DNA of 63,728 bases, filler included, from Phoronis australis (lineage: Eukaryota > Animalia > Phoronida), in the NCBI GenBank assembly GCA_002633005.1. It is 9 parts of 9 records of this genome, joined end to end, with 100 filler letters (N's around TTAATTAATTAA, not from the genome) between each part and the next. Parts side by side here need not be neighbours in the genome. Positions count along the whole stretch, not along the records: positions 1 to 25,393 come from NMRA01001144.1; 8 more parts are not named here. One strand, written 5' to 3'. Shown in pieces: positions 1 through 12,900 of this stretch. The notes under the pieces were generated by a model, which ran no database searches, was not told where the DNA came from, and worked only from the letters and a program-made list of their open reading frames with translations. The position numbers and the translations under genes were made by a program. Every line of letters begins with the position of its first letter. Within the stretch, counting starts at the first letter, position 1.

Positions 1-911
1 CCGGTATTTTTTTAGTCCGATAAAATTTGGGTACACCAGGGTCCACATCGCCAGCCCCCCCCGCAACTTCTTTTCGGGCCACCTGTGCATATGATTGCGC
101 TATGCACAATTCTCCGAGGCAACATCTTGGCCCCCTCTTATGGTATACTAGATCCGCCAATGAAAGTAACCTTTAAAAAATAATGTGGAGTTCCTGTTTG
201 TGGGCAATAGTGGTTATAAATTTAGAAAATTGAAATCGAATTTAAAGCACATTGTTCTTGGTGGCGTGCAGTTTGAATTGACATTGACGATTCGTATTGT
301 GGGTATACTCCAGTATCTTACTATTAAATAAGAATAAACTCCGGTTCAATTTTTGGGCGTTGTGCATATATGGTATACAGTGATTTAATTGTTCATAGAA
401 CACTTTGAAAGTCGGCGGCTTTTTCAAAACTGTCTATAGATTTCATAACTTGTGTAACTGAATCTTCTGCATAGAAAGTGAATATTCTACATTCGACAAC
501 TTGCACTGAAGTGTGTAGTTATGATACAAATTCCTTGATTAATTTGGGTATTTTGTAAAGAAATATTTGTATTTTGCTCATGTTGAGTCTGTATTAACGG
601 CAGGTTTAAGTACAAATCTGTGCAACATCGTGCCATCTACGTGTATGATCGGCAACACGGCGAGAAAAATGTCTGGACTAACACACGTGTTGTTGTCACG
701 TGACGTTTGTTTTTAAGTTCGTCTGCGAGTAAGCGAGCGCGTGCGTGTCACCAGAGTTCATTTGCCAAAGCAGAGACCGTCTTTTGGCCAGAGCCACGCA
801 ATCTAACTAGCTAGATGTGTCTAAAGAAATTTGCACAAGGCCTAAACCAGAGCGTGTTTCATTTAGCAAACTTTCGACATTTGTCTCGGTAAGGCCCATA
901 TAAGTCGCCGT

Positions 912-2030
912 CAATGCCAGAAATTTGTAACATTCTTGATCCGCTAGGTGACGCTTAGCGCCACGTAACTAATCAATCATAAAAACGCATAGTAAGGTTA
1001 AAGGTCAGGAATCTTGGGCACTAGTACCAGTGAGTAATGCAGTCTGCAGAGCAATACTTATCAAGTTTACAATAACAGCATTTGGAATGTCTGGGTCTAC
1101 AGCCGGTATGACAGTGCTAAGCTGGGTGATTGGGGTCACAGACACAGCTATCAACATAACCAGAACAAAATAATGTGAACTGAACACCAGCCAGCCAGCC
1201 GTGTGTGCTTGCACAGTGGCTTAAACGGGCTGCCAAAGTGCTTTTTATTAATCTAAAGTTTGTCATTACATATTTTTGTCCGGAATCCACTCCAGTGTAA
1301 CACTTACTGAATTAAGACGAAGGACAACGTACCGTGGATCACAAAAAACGAAATAACATTTTGAAGATTACTAGTATATCAATTATAGGCCTACTCACAG
1401 GCGAAACTTGCATAATGACTGTATAAAATCCGATTTCGAAAGTATTTCTAAACTCATACCGGATGAGAAAATGAAGAAATCAGTTTCTTACCGATTCTAC
1501 GCTAATCTCTCATCTACAGAGTGCGAATTCCATTGCAAAGAGTCGACAGACAGGTGATCGGCAACATTTCATCTCACTGACAGCACTTTACGTCGATCCA
1601 TTTTCTGAACACAAGAGACGAGGAAAAAATTTCGAGAAACAAAATGAAATTTGGATCAGCAACCTCTGAGTACTCCTGGTAGTCACCTAGGCTATAGGCA
1701 AATCCGGTGGCAAAATGAATTCAGCCACAAAACTTGACTTAAAAATGAGCTATGCGCTCAAATAGTGGCTTCCGGACGATCGTTAACATAGGCCTGAACC
1801 TTCAAACTTCAAGAGACGTGGAAAAATTTTCACCATTGGCGCTGATATTTGGCGGAAACATGTGTCTTAACATACACTCTATGTGACAGGCTATCGGCAA
1901 ATTGTGTAGTTATCTCCCCTAACTAACAAATTCCTAGCTGATTTTTGTCTGCTCTTGTGTATTTCGTATGGAGGCTGCTGGCAAGATTTAGCGCATGCGC
2001 AGTAGTGCATGTTACAAATTTCTGGCGTTG
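912..2030. mobile_element. Candidate non-autonomous DNA transposon bounded by 22-bp inverted repeats
   Basis: CAATGCCAGAAATTTGTAACAT (912-933) vs ATGTTACAAATTTCTGGCGTTG (2009-2030): 21/22 reverse-complement match. No coding content and no clear TSD. Confidence 0.45.
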
Positions 2031-2614
2031 GTGTAGCTGGATGCGTACGTAACTATCTGACAGTTATTTTTTGGTGTAAGGGTGTGTAAGCATTCACTGT
2101 TAGTTGTCATTTTATCGCATATTCGGCTTAAAAACACGAATTATGGTTAATCAAACAATCCATCTCAAAACTAATGCAAACATGTTTTATAGTATTAGAA
2201 ATTGTCGGAAATTAGTGCCAATATTCGTTTCTTATCGATGCTATGGTACCCGTTTCATCAATGTATATAGTTTGCCTATTGTCACAAAACGTCTGTCGCG
2301 CTCATGACACGAGCATGCGCAATTTCCTAAAATTTTGCGACCTCTTTTGGAATATGATGACTCAATTTTGCAACAGCACGATTTGTTCTGAAATTCGGTT
2401 TGCTGGTTTTAAAGTACTAAAAACTTAAGACGAAATGAAATCAGTTCTGATTTTTGTTGTGCCATGTACGCAACCTCGTAGAAGAGAAGAGCTCACTGAA
2501 GAATTGGTGAGAAAAGGAACTGGCCGATGTAAGCCAACGTAAAACAACGTATCTCTATTTTAGTAGCAGAATAACGACAGAACGACATTTTTTCCCGGCG
2601 AGCATCGATAAATA

Positions 2615-4043
2615 CAGTACAGCCACTGAATTTTTAGACTTCGTCCGAGCTACCTCACGCCAGGCCAGACCGGAGCGCAACCGAAACGCAGGCGTGACAG
2701 AAATCAGTCACGGTCGCCTCTTGCTACTCCCCGGGTAGTCCTCACGCTTACCTCCAGTTTAGTTAACGCCTTCCTCACGTCTCGTTAACGCTAACCTCAC
2801 GCTTTCTTCAGGGCCTTAATGGTAGCTGTCGTAACCATGGTCGGACACCGGGCTAACCAGTAAAAATACATGTAAGGTCTTGATTGCCTGTCTTTTCGGT
2901 GAAGTTGCAAAGACATTATAGTATGTTATAGAGTATCTTTGCAAGCAGTCATCTATCACACTTGGGTTCCGACTAACTCTGTAATTCCAGTTTATACAAA
3001 CGTCTTCCTTCAGCTCGTCTTGTGTTACACTTGCATGTACATGTTCAATTTACGACTTAAGAGCAAGTCCCATCAACGACATACATGTACAGTAACCACG
3101 GTTAGTAAATACGAATGAACGTGACGCTGTGTCCAGAGTCGTCTTTATATGGCTGTGGACTCCTTGAAACTTGTCACAGGTAGATATAGTTATTCGCCAT
3201 AAAAATAGCCTACGCATCTTGTGAAGTATTGTGTCACTCTGTAAATTTTGCACCGTACTGGCGTACAGAAAATTTCAAGAGGCCGCCCTTCTGACATACC
3301 CATCACTTACTGCAAGCAAATGTTTTGACTTAAAAGTCCTCAATTCGTAGTGCAGTTCTATTATTTGTAGCCCCTTCCCTGTAGTACATGCGTTTCGACT
3401 GAATACACAATATCCCTGGGGTAATTCTTCACTAAAATAATAATAGCGGTCATCTGTTTGACTCGTCAAATGCATGGGCACGATCAGTTTTCTCCGCATG
3501 TTGCCGGAACTTGGGACCAATGTGCTCAGAATTGACATGCTGCTATGCTCCTTCATATCGTGAAGGCAATTGAATAATTCCGCCATGTACACGCGTGTTA
3601 AGATCCTTTATTAATTTATATAAAAACAAATTATTTATACATAATTATACATAAGTGAAAAGTAAAGTCCACAGGTCTGTTTCCTGAAGTGACTTAAGAT
3701 TTGAGACGGAAATTTTGGTCTTTTACTACACGTGACGATTTCAAAAAAAATTATACCTCACATGAGCAAAAGTCTATGAGAATACACACATCACTGGTAG
3801 TTACTGATATAATTTTAATAAATTACTTTTTCATCTGCGATGCAGGTAAACTCACGCCTAGCTGGTCTGGATCACGCTTCGTTCACGCCTAACTCACGGT
3901 AAGCTCCGGATTTAGTCACGCTTAGGCTCACGCCAGCTGTCACGGTTGATTCACTCCTCACTGTCCGGGCTGTCTCCGGTTACGGTCACGGGTGGCTAGA
4001 CCGGAGAGACACCGGAGAGTCTAATAATTCAGTGGCTGTACTG
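2615..4043. mobile_element. Non-autonomous Tc1/mariner-type element (MITE), copy 1
   Basis: TA|CAGTACAGCCACTGAATT ... AATTCAGTGGCTGTACTG|TA: 18-bp TIR, TA target duplication, CTCACGC-rich subterminal repeats; full-length second copy at 11482-12907. Confidence 0.85.
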
Positions 4044-4344
4044 TAATTTAGTTTACTCAAGGAGGAGTGTCGTTATTAAAGGCGAAGACAACCTTTATCC
4101 ATGTCATTTTGAGCTAAAATAAGGTTGGTTGGTTATCCTAGACATATTTTCCACTTAATTACAGGTTTTCGTAATTTTATTAATTACTCGTCCGCTACTG
4201 CGGAAGTGAAAGTTTAGGAGGCAAGCATTTCGCGCCAATTTCTTTTCATATAGTCTGACTGTGGGAGCTGCTGAGTCAGTCATTGTTCTACCTCGGTTAT
4301 GTTAAGTTCCGTCGTCGTTTGCTTTCATTTACTAGTCAGTCAAC

Positions 4345-4832
4345 ATGCCACACTGTTGCTGCATACCGGAATGAACTATTTATCGGCTCACGCACGCTTT
4401 GGGAGTGCCTTTGCATCGCTTTCCGATGTTGACACACTTCGCCGTACTTGGCTCGTTCGTGTGAAGAATTACGCAGCGTTACCCGTCCACGCAACGTACA
4501 AAGCAGTGGAGAATTACCGTGTGTGTGGCAAGCACTTTCTGCCGTCCGATTATGAAAGGAATTTGTACGCTGAACTGATGAAGGTCCCTGCGAAACAACG
4601 CCTGAAGAAGGATGCCATTCCGTCTGTGTTGATTCCCGACAGTGCCCCGTCGCCACCCCCGAGAAGTGCGTTTTTGAAGCAAGAAGCCTCGCGAACTGTG
4701 GCCAGTACAGTGATTGGAGCCAGTGGAGGCACTTCATCTACTGTCACCCGTGCCTCCGAACGTACCCCAGAGCGTGCAATTCCTGGAACCGTGATTCGCC
4801 CTGTGCTGTTTTCTCCAGCCCAGAGCCTCTAA
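4345..4832 (+). pseudogene. THAP zinc-finger domain (transposase N-terminus), frameshifted
   Basis: ATG start MPHCC.., LHRFP in a shifted frame, then LRRTWLVRVK..RVCGKHF..LKKDAIPSV, matching THAP C2CH residues and the AVP box. Confidence 0.8.
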
Positions 4833-4959
4833 GCAGCCCTGCAGCGATATTGAGTAGTGGGAGTGATTACAGGCCCAGTTCGACACCCAGTGAAGAGGAC
4901 AGTTCGTCGTTCAGTGAACAGATCAGTGAGCCAATTTGATAAGTTTATTGTGGACTTGT

Positions 4960-5395
4960 CTATTTAGAGTGTGCCAGGTGTGTGGCGAGGGAGTCACACG
5001 ACACGATGTAAGCAGTTTGGGTGCTCAGGTCACCATCCAGTGGGAGTGTGTCGCGGGACACTCTGGCAAGTGTCCGTGGTATGCCGGAGGTCCACTTAAC
5101 CATGTCCAGTAGTGGCTTGGCCTCGTCGAACTCTGAACAGCACAGGCATTGTAGGCATAACAACGCACACAGTGCATTTGCACCAAGATGTTTTACCACG
5201 TCTGTCCTCAGTAGCCGCCCAGTTTCTCTCAACAGCTGCCTGTGCCTGTGCGTACTCTGCCTCTTTATACTCGGGCTCAAACATGTACCCACCCACTGAA
5301 TGTCCGTGAAAAAATTCCTCGTCGCCACTGCTGTAAACAAGGTCTCCGTAACTCACACTACTGTCACTGTGATACGGGTCACCGACTTCAGCCAT
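4960..5395 (-). pseudogene. P2X7 C-terminal (ballast)-like / KolX-like Cys-rich protein N-terminus, frameshifted
   Basis: Acidic leader, GYMFEPEY, then RRGKTSWCKCTVCVVMPT, frameshift, CLCCSE; matches the PYxFEP / WCxCxxCxxMPTxxECxCCxE pattern. Confidence 0.7.
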
Positions 5396-6069
5396 TTTCA
5401 GCTTACAACTAAACAATCCCTAAATCCAACGTAGTTGAGTTCTCTACTAAGCTATTATACCTCACATGAGCAAAAGTTTATGANAAACGCTTGCCTCCTA
5501 AAACGTCACTTCCGGAGTAGCGGACGAGTAATTAATAAAATTACGAAAAGCTGTAACAAAGTGGAAAATATGTCTACGATATCCAACCAACCTTATTTTA
5601 GCTCAAAATGACATGGAAAAAGGTTGCCTTCGCCTTTAACACTAATTTGGTGAAGATTTTACATGTTTACTGTTTTACGCACATCGGCGCCAAGCTGTAT
5701 ATTTAGTATACTGCTTTGCCGCACAAAGGCTAGTTATGATGATGCTTCACCCGAGAGCCAGAACGCCCATTTTTTTCTTGACTAAAATGTCAAATTGGAG
5801 GAAACGGATTTTCATTTTGTTCTAAAACAATTATGCATTGGTTATCTAGCTCAAAAGCGTGCAACGTGGTTGGTTTGTGGTTAAAACTCAAAAGCGCCGC
5901 ATGTCAATTACAATTAGCGATGTGTCCTGTGGCGTACAAAAGATTTTGTTGGATTAATCGGCACAAGACCTGCATATGCATACATATATAGCTCCATTGT
6001 ATGATCTAGATCTGTGTAGGCCTGCCAGTAATAAATCTTAGCTTGTTTGTCATTGCGGTTTCAATCCCT

Positions 6070-6225
6070 GGCGGGTCGGTCCCCGGCGGTCCTGTTTTCT
6101 AGTGAGGCGGTCATGCTTTTAGGTGCGTCAGTCCCATTTTCTGGTGCGATGGTCCCATTTGATCCCCATAGGTCCTGTTTTCGGTGAATCGGTCCAATTT
6201 AAGAGGACCGGCGGTCATGTTTCTC
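6070..6225. repeat. Degenerate ~20-bp minisatellite (GGTCCYRTTTT core, ~7 units)
   Basis: Repeated cggtcctgttttct / cggtcatgctttt / cagtcccattttct / tggtcccatttg / aggtcctgttttc / cggtccaattt. Confidence 0.6.
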
Positions 6226-7279
6226 ACCCGTGTATTTCTTTGAAAAAAGTGAGCTCAGTTCTCCCTTCAGCTGTGTGCCTAGGCTTCCTAGTAATCATTA
6301 CAATGGGTGTGTTCAAACTTGAAAGGTACCTATTGACAGTAGGCATCCAAATGATACATTGGGCGTCCGTGCCAGGGCGTCCATATTATTGCTAGGGTGT
6401 CCATTGGGACGCCCAGGACGTATGCTGCATGAAGGCCTGGTTCTTGATTGTGATGGATCAGTACTTGGTGGTTATTCAACCGATTGGACTATACTCGAAT
6501 CGAGTTACAATGAACCCAGTCCTCCATACTACAAGTTACACTTTCTCCAATGCACTATAGGTTATGCTTTCTGTACTTTGGTTTTGATGACATGGATACA
6601 ATGTTCATATGGTAATAATGTGCCAATTATATTTTTTGCAACTTTAGAGGAATCAGCGCATGCTTTTCGTGCGTGACGCTCAGGGACGTTGATTCGCTGT
6701 ACGTGGCTAGGCATCCTTTCATACAAAAATGTGGACCAAATGAAAACCTACCAGTTTATTGTAAGGACAGCATGACTCGACCTGCTTGTCGTGTATTTGC
6801 TGGAAATGTTTCGAGTATGAAACGATATGTGCTTGTGACTTGTGCAAGATTTTGCTATGAGCAGTGTGCAGCGCTGGACCATGTTAATTTTGTATTTCTA
6901 CCACTGAAAAGCCAACAGTACTCTTCTGGTATTCTAGTAGTATGTTTTTTATTTTGTCTCAAAAGTTGGTTTGCTTACTGCTGTTAACTTTTATTACAAA
7001 GAACATCTTTGATTTGTCCCATGAGGTTCATTGTAATGAAGTTCAACTGTTCTGCAGCATTTGCTGGTATTCCTTTATTGTAAGAAATAGTTTGGCAGAT
7101 TTTTTATGGGCTGTTATCATTTGTTTGTGTGGCACGCCAGCTTTTACAAACGTAGTTTGAATTTGATATTTTATTTACCGTACGTGCTATTTATTGATCA
7201 ACACTCTTGGAAGCATACCATTTGTAGAGCAGTTTTGGGTGCATTTCCACACTAAAAGCTTTGCTCTTGCTTGTTGCAG

Positions 7280-7645
7280 GTGTTGTTGATGCAGCTCTTG
7301 ATGTGAATGTTCCTGATGAGACCATTGCTATTGAAGGAGGTTCAGTTGTATTTGAAATCGGCTACACGACGAGTGACGGTGATACCTTCAACAAAGTTGA
7401 GTTGAAAAAGGGTACGCAGACTGTATTTACTGCACCTGAGGCTATCCAAGATCAGTTTTTCCCCAATGGATCGTTTTCAGGATCGTACATACCCCGTGGT
7501 TCTACTAACTACTATAAAGGCAGGACTCAGTTCACTATCACTTTAAGTAAAGTTACAACAGCAGATGAGGGAGCGTACACTGTTTATTTTACTAAAAACC
7601 TCAACGTAGCTGTTCCACCTGTTGTTGTTCAACTTGTGTTAGATG
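7280..7645 (+). CDS. Exon encoding the signal-peptide end plus an N-terminal V-type Ig-like domain
   Basis: Acceptor ttgttgcAG, donor G|GTAAGT, 366 nt, phase 1-1. Strand motifs AIEGGSVVFEI, RTQFTITLSKVTTADEGAYTV, VQLVLD. Confidence 0.8.
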
Positions 7646-8289
7646 GTAAGTACCTCTAAGGCTTTGCATAAGAAATCTCGATGTTTACCATGCGATGAAG
7701 CAATGTGCTTTGGTTGGTTTCTTTTTGAGTTTTGATCTTGTTCTTTCCAATATATATCAGACCTACGTACCGTACGCAAAAATGCTTTGTGGCACAGAAA
7801 CTTTGCTTGTAGTTCGCAAGTACTCAAAATCAGGCATAAATATGCAAATTCAAAGCAGATTATTTTCCGAGTTGTTACTCATTGGAAAGCTAATAATAGT
7901 ATTGATAGAAGAACCCATTCACATTATTCTAACTATAAAACGTGAGCTCCGAAGTCTGAAACTTTCTCCAATTCATTCTATATATAGCTAGATAATCAGC
8001 GAATCGCAAGGTTTCGTTTACGGTATTTAAAATCACCGGCCTATATTAGCTACTTATTAAATAAGTAATAAGCATCGTCTTCAGTGATTGGTGAATTTTT
8101 TATTTTGGACTATGCCCGGCGGCTAAATGCACATTGATCTGAACTATGAAGAAAATAGGTTCTGAAAGAAGAGAGTATCTGTTTTTGCCTTGTTATTCCA
8201 AGAAATGTCAGAAAGGGGACCGTCGAATTTGCGTTGCAAGTTGCATAGCGGGTTGTTCTCATTTGCATATGGTGACAGCACTGATACCC

Positions 8290-8450
8290 TGTAAAATGTA
8301 ACCATTTCGTAAAATATAACAACTGTTACATTTTATGTCATTGTTACATTGCTAGGCCTCTCCTAAAATGTAACAAGTTGTTACATTTGATGAAATTGTT
8401 ACAATTTACCTGAATGCACATGGAGAAATGTACCATTGTTACATTTAATG
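8290..8450. repeat. Cluster of inverted AAATGTAAC/GTTACATT motifs, probably a MITE remnant
   Basis: About 8 copies of the motif in both orientations within 160 bp. Confidence 0.5.
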
Positions 8451-9983
8451 AAAGGACCTCATGTTTCATGAGTTTGCAAGATATTTGTCAGACGGAGGAA
8501 GACCGTTCACACATTTAACGCCTCCTTCCTCGGATTGTGTGAATGCATTAATTCTATCAAATGTGCCGACTTTATAGACGTGTCCCTAATTATGTATTTT
8601 CCATGGTTTTTTGAACATGAGTTATTTAATGGTATAGTAAAAAGTGTACAGCGTACAGTTTCAACTCCACACGAAAGGTGTTTCAATGATCAGGTAACAA
8701 TATTTTTATCGTTAAAGCGTTGTTGCATGTTTTATTGGCGCTAATGAAGCAATTTTTATCCGACATCACACTAAACAAACTTCCCTTTTTAAGAACAACA
8801 ATGACATCGTATTTGGCTAATATTTACAGCATTTCTTCGGAAACGTACGAAAATCACAAAATTTGTCACGGAGAAATCAATTTCGGAAGCCAGTTTGATT
8901 GAAAAATCACCAGTTTTGGTCAAGGATAGTTTGGTTATTTCGGGCAGTGTTTTATTTGCCTTGAAGTCATTGCTAATACAGTAATTGCCCTGCTTCACAC
9001 AAAATGAGAAACCAAATTTCTGATGCCGACGGGCGCTGTCCATCACCTTAGTTACGAATGACGATTTCTCAAAGACATTGTGGTGAAAGGAAATAAAAGC
9101 ACGCATTTATTTGCCTGCAGGTTGACAGATTTTGCCAAAGCAACAGCAAAATATCTGCGTTGAGAAGGGCAAGCCATTAGCTCAAAAAGTGGCTCCATAT
9201 AGACCGGTATCCCAGAGGTTTTTTTGGGTATGAAAAGGTATCCAATTTTGGTGCCACAGTGCTCTGTGGGTATCCTCATGCTTGGAATTGGCGTCTGGCA
9301 GCTTCACTTTGGTGGGTATGGTCGGGGGGAGCCAAGAGAATGACACTCAAAAATTGAGCTAAATCAACTTTTCTGGTAACTACTTCAAACCGCCTTGGAT
9401 ACCTACTACGTTATCCACTGTATCAAAATTGGTCTCTGCCAGATAATTTCAGTGGTGGGAAGTATCAGCCAGGCGGTTATAAACAATGTGCAAAAATTGA
9501 GCTAGATCGATCCAAGAGGTAATCGCGTGAAACCTGAGTTTCAAAATATTCACCATGAGCCCAGGTATCGCGAATGAACACTGCCAGACAAATCTAGTGG
9601 TGGGTTAGCTTCGCCAGACATGCCCAAATACCTGAGGTGAGCTAGATCAACCCACCAGGTAACGGTTTTAAACCAATTACACGATGTTCAGCATCACTAT
9701 ACATGGCACAAGTGTTAGATGTCAGACATTTTCAGTGGTGGGTGCCCCTGCCAGACGATTAACAAAAAGGGTTAAAAATTGAGCTAGATCAACCCAAGAG
9801 GTAACCGCTTAAAACCAGTTCCAAAATATTCACCGTAAGCATAGGTATCACGAATAAACACTGCTAGACAAATCAAGTGGTGGGTTATCCCCGCCAGACA
9901 CGCCCAAAGACCTGAGTTGAGCTAGATCAACCCAAGAGGTAACCGCATGAAACCAGTTGCAAAATATTCGCCGTAAGCCCAGG

Positions 9984-12900
9984 CAGTGTTCTCCACGACC
10001 ACTTTTAACTTGTCAAAGCGTCCTGTTTGGCTGAACGCGCGTCCTGTTTAAATGTCCCGTGTCCTGTTTAAAAATCCCGCAATATAAAAATATAGGGACT
10101 ACTTTTTAAAAATGACATCGTCATTAATAAGGTCCTCACTGGTTCAAATCCTGCTTGGCAGCAACTGCAGGCCATAGCCCATTGAATCTGAAAAAAGGCC
10201 AAGTGGTCAGTTGTGGACAGCCTAATCACCGGTCTCACTCAAGCGGCAGACCGGGCCCCTAGTCTGTTTATGGTGTAACGTGGTGTGTAAATAATCTCTC
10301 AGTTATCTATTTAATTCATCTGGAACAACTAGTTATAGTCAACTGAATTTAAACAAAGGCCCAGTGGTACCTATAGGCCTCATCCACTACCTGCTCACTG
10401 GAGGTGCAGTCCCGCACAAAGTCGCTAATCCTTAGGCCTATGCTAGCCCTATGCGCTTTGAAGTCACCTTTTTGTGTTCGGTAGACAACTGATCATATTA
10501 CTGATTGAAAATAATTAAGACTTGGTGGTTAGTTCTGTGAAGTATATGTTGTCAGCGAAGTATATGTTGTCAGCAAAGACACCGCTGCTCAGCAGTTTAA
10601 ACTACGGCCATCTTCTGGGAGGCCAGAATTTTGGTTTTCGTAGCGCATTTTTCAATATTGGGTGGGCCACACGACACAGACTTTACCGCTACCTTCTCAA
10701 CAAACATTTGCATGAAACTGCTTTTGATGGTTCTCATTGGTTGTTGTTTGTGTACTTCTCACGTAGATGAATATTATTGGTTACTTTTGGTGCCACAGAC
10801 TATTGAGATTGACCGAGTTCATCTCGTTGCCTTATAAGGAGTTTCGTAGGCAACATGAACATTACACCTGTAAGGCATACTCCCTCTAAAAATCTGCCAA
10901 GCGTTCGCTAACTCAACTTCATTGGCTGGCATGACATTTGTGATTTCGAGGGAGTATTCCGAGATTTGGGACAGCGGGTGACGTCACTGAGTAAAGTTCA
11001 AATTATATGTCTCGCGCTGAGAAATTGTAGCCAAAATCACGTGCTCTCATTGAAGTCACACGGTAATATCTCGCATAATCTCACAGAGTCTTCTTTACCT
11101 CGCTTGGTCCTTACATTAGTGAATTCTATCCTGGCTTCCGTTACAGATTGACATGCGCATTCTACATACTTAGAAACGTTGTCTGCTGCGGGAAGGCAAA
11201 GGACCGCTAAGCCTCAGGATTATTTTAAAAACCGAAAGATGTTTCAGATAGTGACGTTGACTAAGATGCAGATACGACAGATAATCCAGGACCGGATGGT
11301 GGTGATGTTGCCGGGCTCGGTCAACAAATCGCAAATATCCGTGTCAAGAACGGTACGAACTGAATTTTTGTTGACAACGTCAGGCATCAGCAATGAATAA
11401 AAAGATGAATAAACACAGTTATTTGGTTGCACTACTGTGCATTACTATTAAAATGCGTGGGTAAAAATAAGGTGCACACTACAGTACAGCCACTGAATTT
11501 TTAGATTTTAATTTGTCCGGGCTACCTCACGCCTGGCCTGACCGGAGCGCAACCGGAACACAGGCGTGACAGAAATCAGTCACAGTCGCCTCACGCCTAC
11601 TCCCTGGGTGGACCTCATGCTTACCTCCGGTTTAGTTAACGCCTTCCTCACGCCTCGTTCATGCTTTCTTCGCGCCTCCGTCACGCTTACCTCACGCTTT
11701 CTTCACGCCTTCGGTAGCTGTGGTAACCATGGTAGGGCACCGGGCTAATCAGTAAAAATGCATGTAACGTCTTGATTGCCTGTCGTTTCGGTGAAGTTGC
11801 AAAGATATTACAGTGTATTATAGGGTATCTTTGCAAGCAGTCAGCTATCACACTTGGGTTTCGACTAACTCTGTAATTGCACGTGTTGTTCATACAAACG
11901 TCTCCCTTCAGCTCGTCTTGTGTTACACTTACATGTACATGTTCAATTTACGACTTAAAAGAGCCAGTCCCATTAACGACAAACATGTACTGTAACCACG
12001 ATTAGTAAATACGAATAAACGGGACCCTGTGTCCAGAGTCATCTTTACATGGCTGTAGACTCCTTGAAACTTGTCACAGGTGGATATAGTTAATTCGCCC
12101 TAAAAATAGCCTACGCATCTTGTGAAGTATTGTGTCACTCCGTAAATTTTTGCACCGCACTAGCGTACAGAAAATTTCAATAGGCCGCCCTTCTGAGATA
12201 CACATCCCTTACTGCAAGCAAATGTTTTGACTTAAAAGTCCTGAATCCGTAGTGCCCTTCAATTATTTGTAGCCCACTCCCCGTAGTACATGCATTTCGA
12301 CTGAGTACACAGTATCCCCGGGGTACTTCTCCACTAAAATAATTATAGTGGTCATCTGTTTGACTCATCAAATGCCAATTAGGCGTGATCAGTTTTCTCC
12401 GCATGATGCCGGATTTTGGGATCAATGTGCTCAAAATATAGACATGCTATGCTCCTTCATATCGTGAAGGCAATTGAATAATTCCACCGTGTACACGCGT
12501 GTTAATATTCTTTATTAGTTTATATAAAAACAAATAATTATATATAAGTGAAAAGTAAAGTCCACAGGTCTGTTTTCTGAAGTGACTTAAGATTTGAGAC
12601 AGAAATTTTGGTCTTTTACTGCACGTGACGATTTCAAAAAAAATTGAACCTCACATGAGCAAAAGTCTATGTGAATACACACATGACTGCTAGTTACTGA
12701 TGTAATTTTAATAAATTACTTTATCATCTGCGATGCAGGTAAACTCACGCCTAACTCACGGTAAGCTCCGGGTACAGTCACGCTTAGGCTCACACCAGCT
12801 GTCACGTTTGATTCACGCCTCACTCTCCGGTCTGTCTCGGGTTACAGTCACGGGTGGCTAGACCAGAGAGACACTGGAGAGAGTCTAATAATTCAGTGGT

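Larger units (their letters stand above)
4080..5635. mobile_element. Kolobok-like DNA transposon (internally deleted)
   Basis: TTAA|AGGCGAAG ... CTTCGCCT|TTAA, ~150-bp imperfect TIRs (4080-4230 / 5485-5635). Carries convergent THAP and Cys-rich ORFs; no DDE core visible. Confidence 0.8.

Noticed and set aside
1212-1240. CACAGTG heptamer as an RSS/Transib end near an Ig exon
   Set aside because: No nonamer at 12/23 spacing and no partner end found; expected by chance.
3050-3592. ORFs within the MITE (and 12177-12434)
   Set aside because: No domain motifs, and frames are not conserved between the two copies.
4576-4600. CTGATGAAGGTCCCTGCGAAAC as a hammerhead core
   Set aside because: Stem II does not pair in register, no stem III, and it lies inside THAP coding sequence.
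5456-5484. MITE-internal sequence TATACCTCACATGAGCAAAAGT inside the Kolobok element, as captured DNA
   Set aside because: Sits directly against a single-N join and matches 3753-3780; more likely a mis-join.
10135-10160. GGTTCAAATCC B-box as a tRNA gene
   Set aside because: No cloverleaf or A-box; at most a SINE fragment inside the hAT element.
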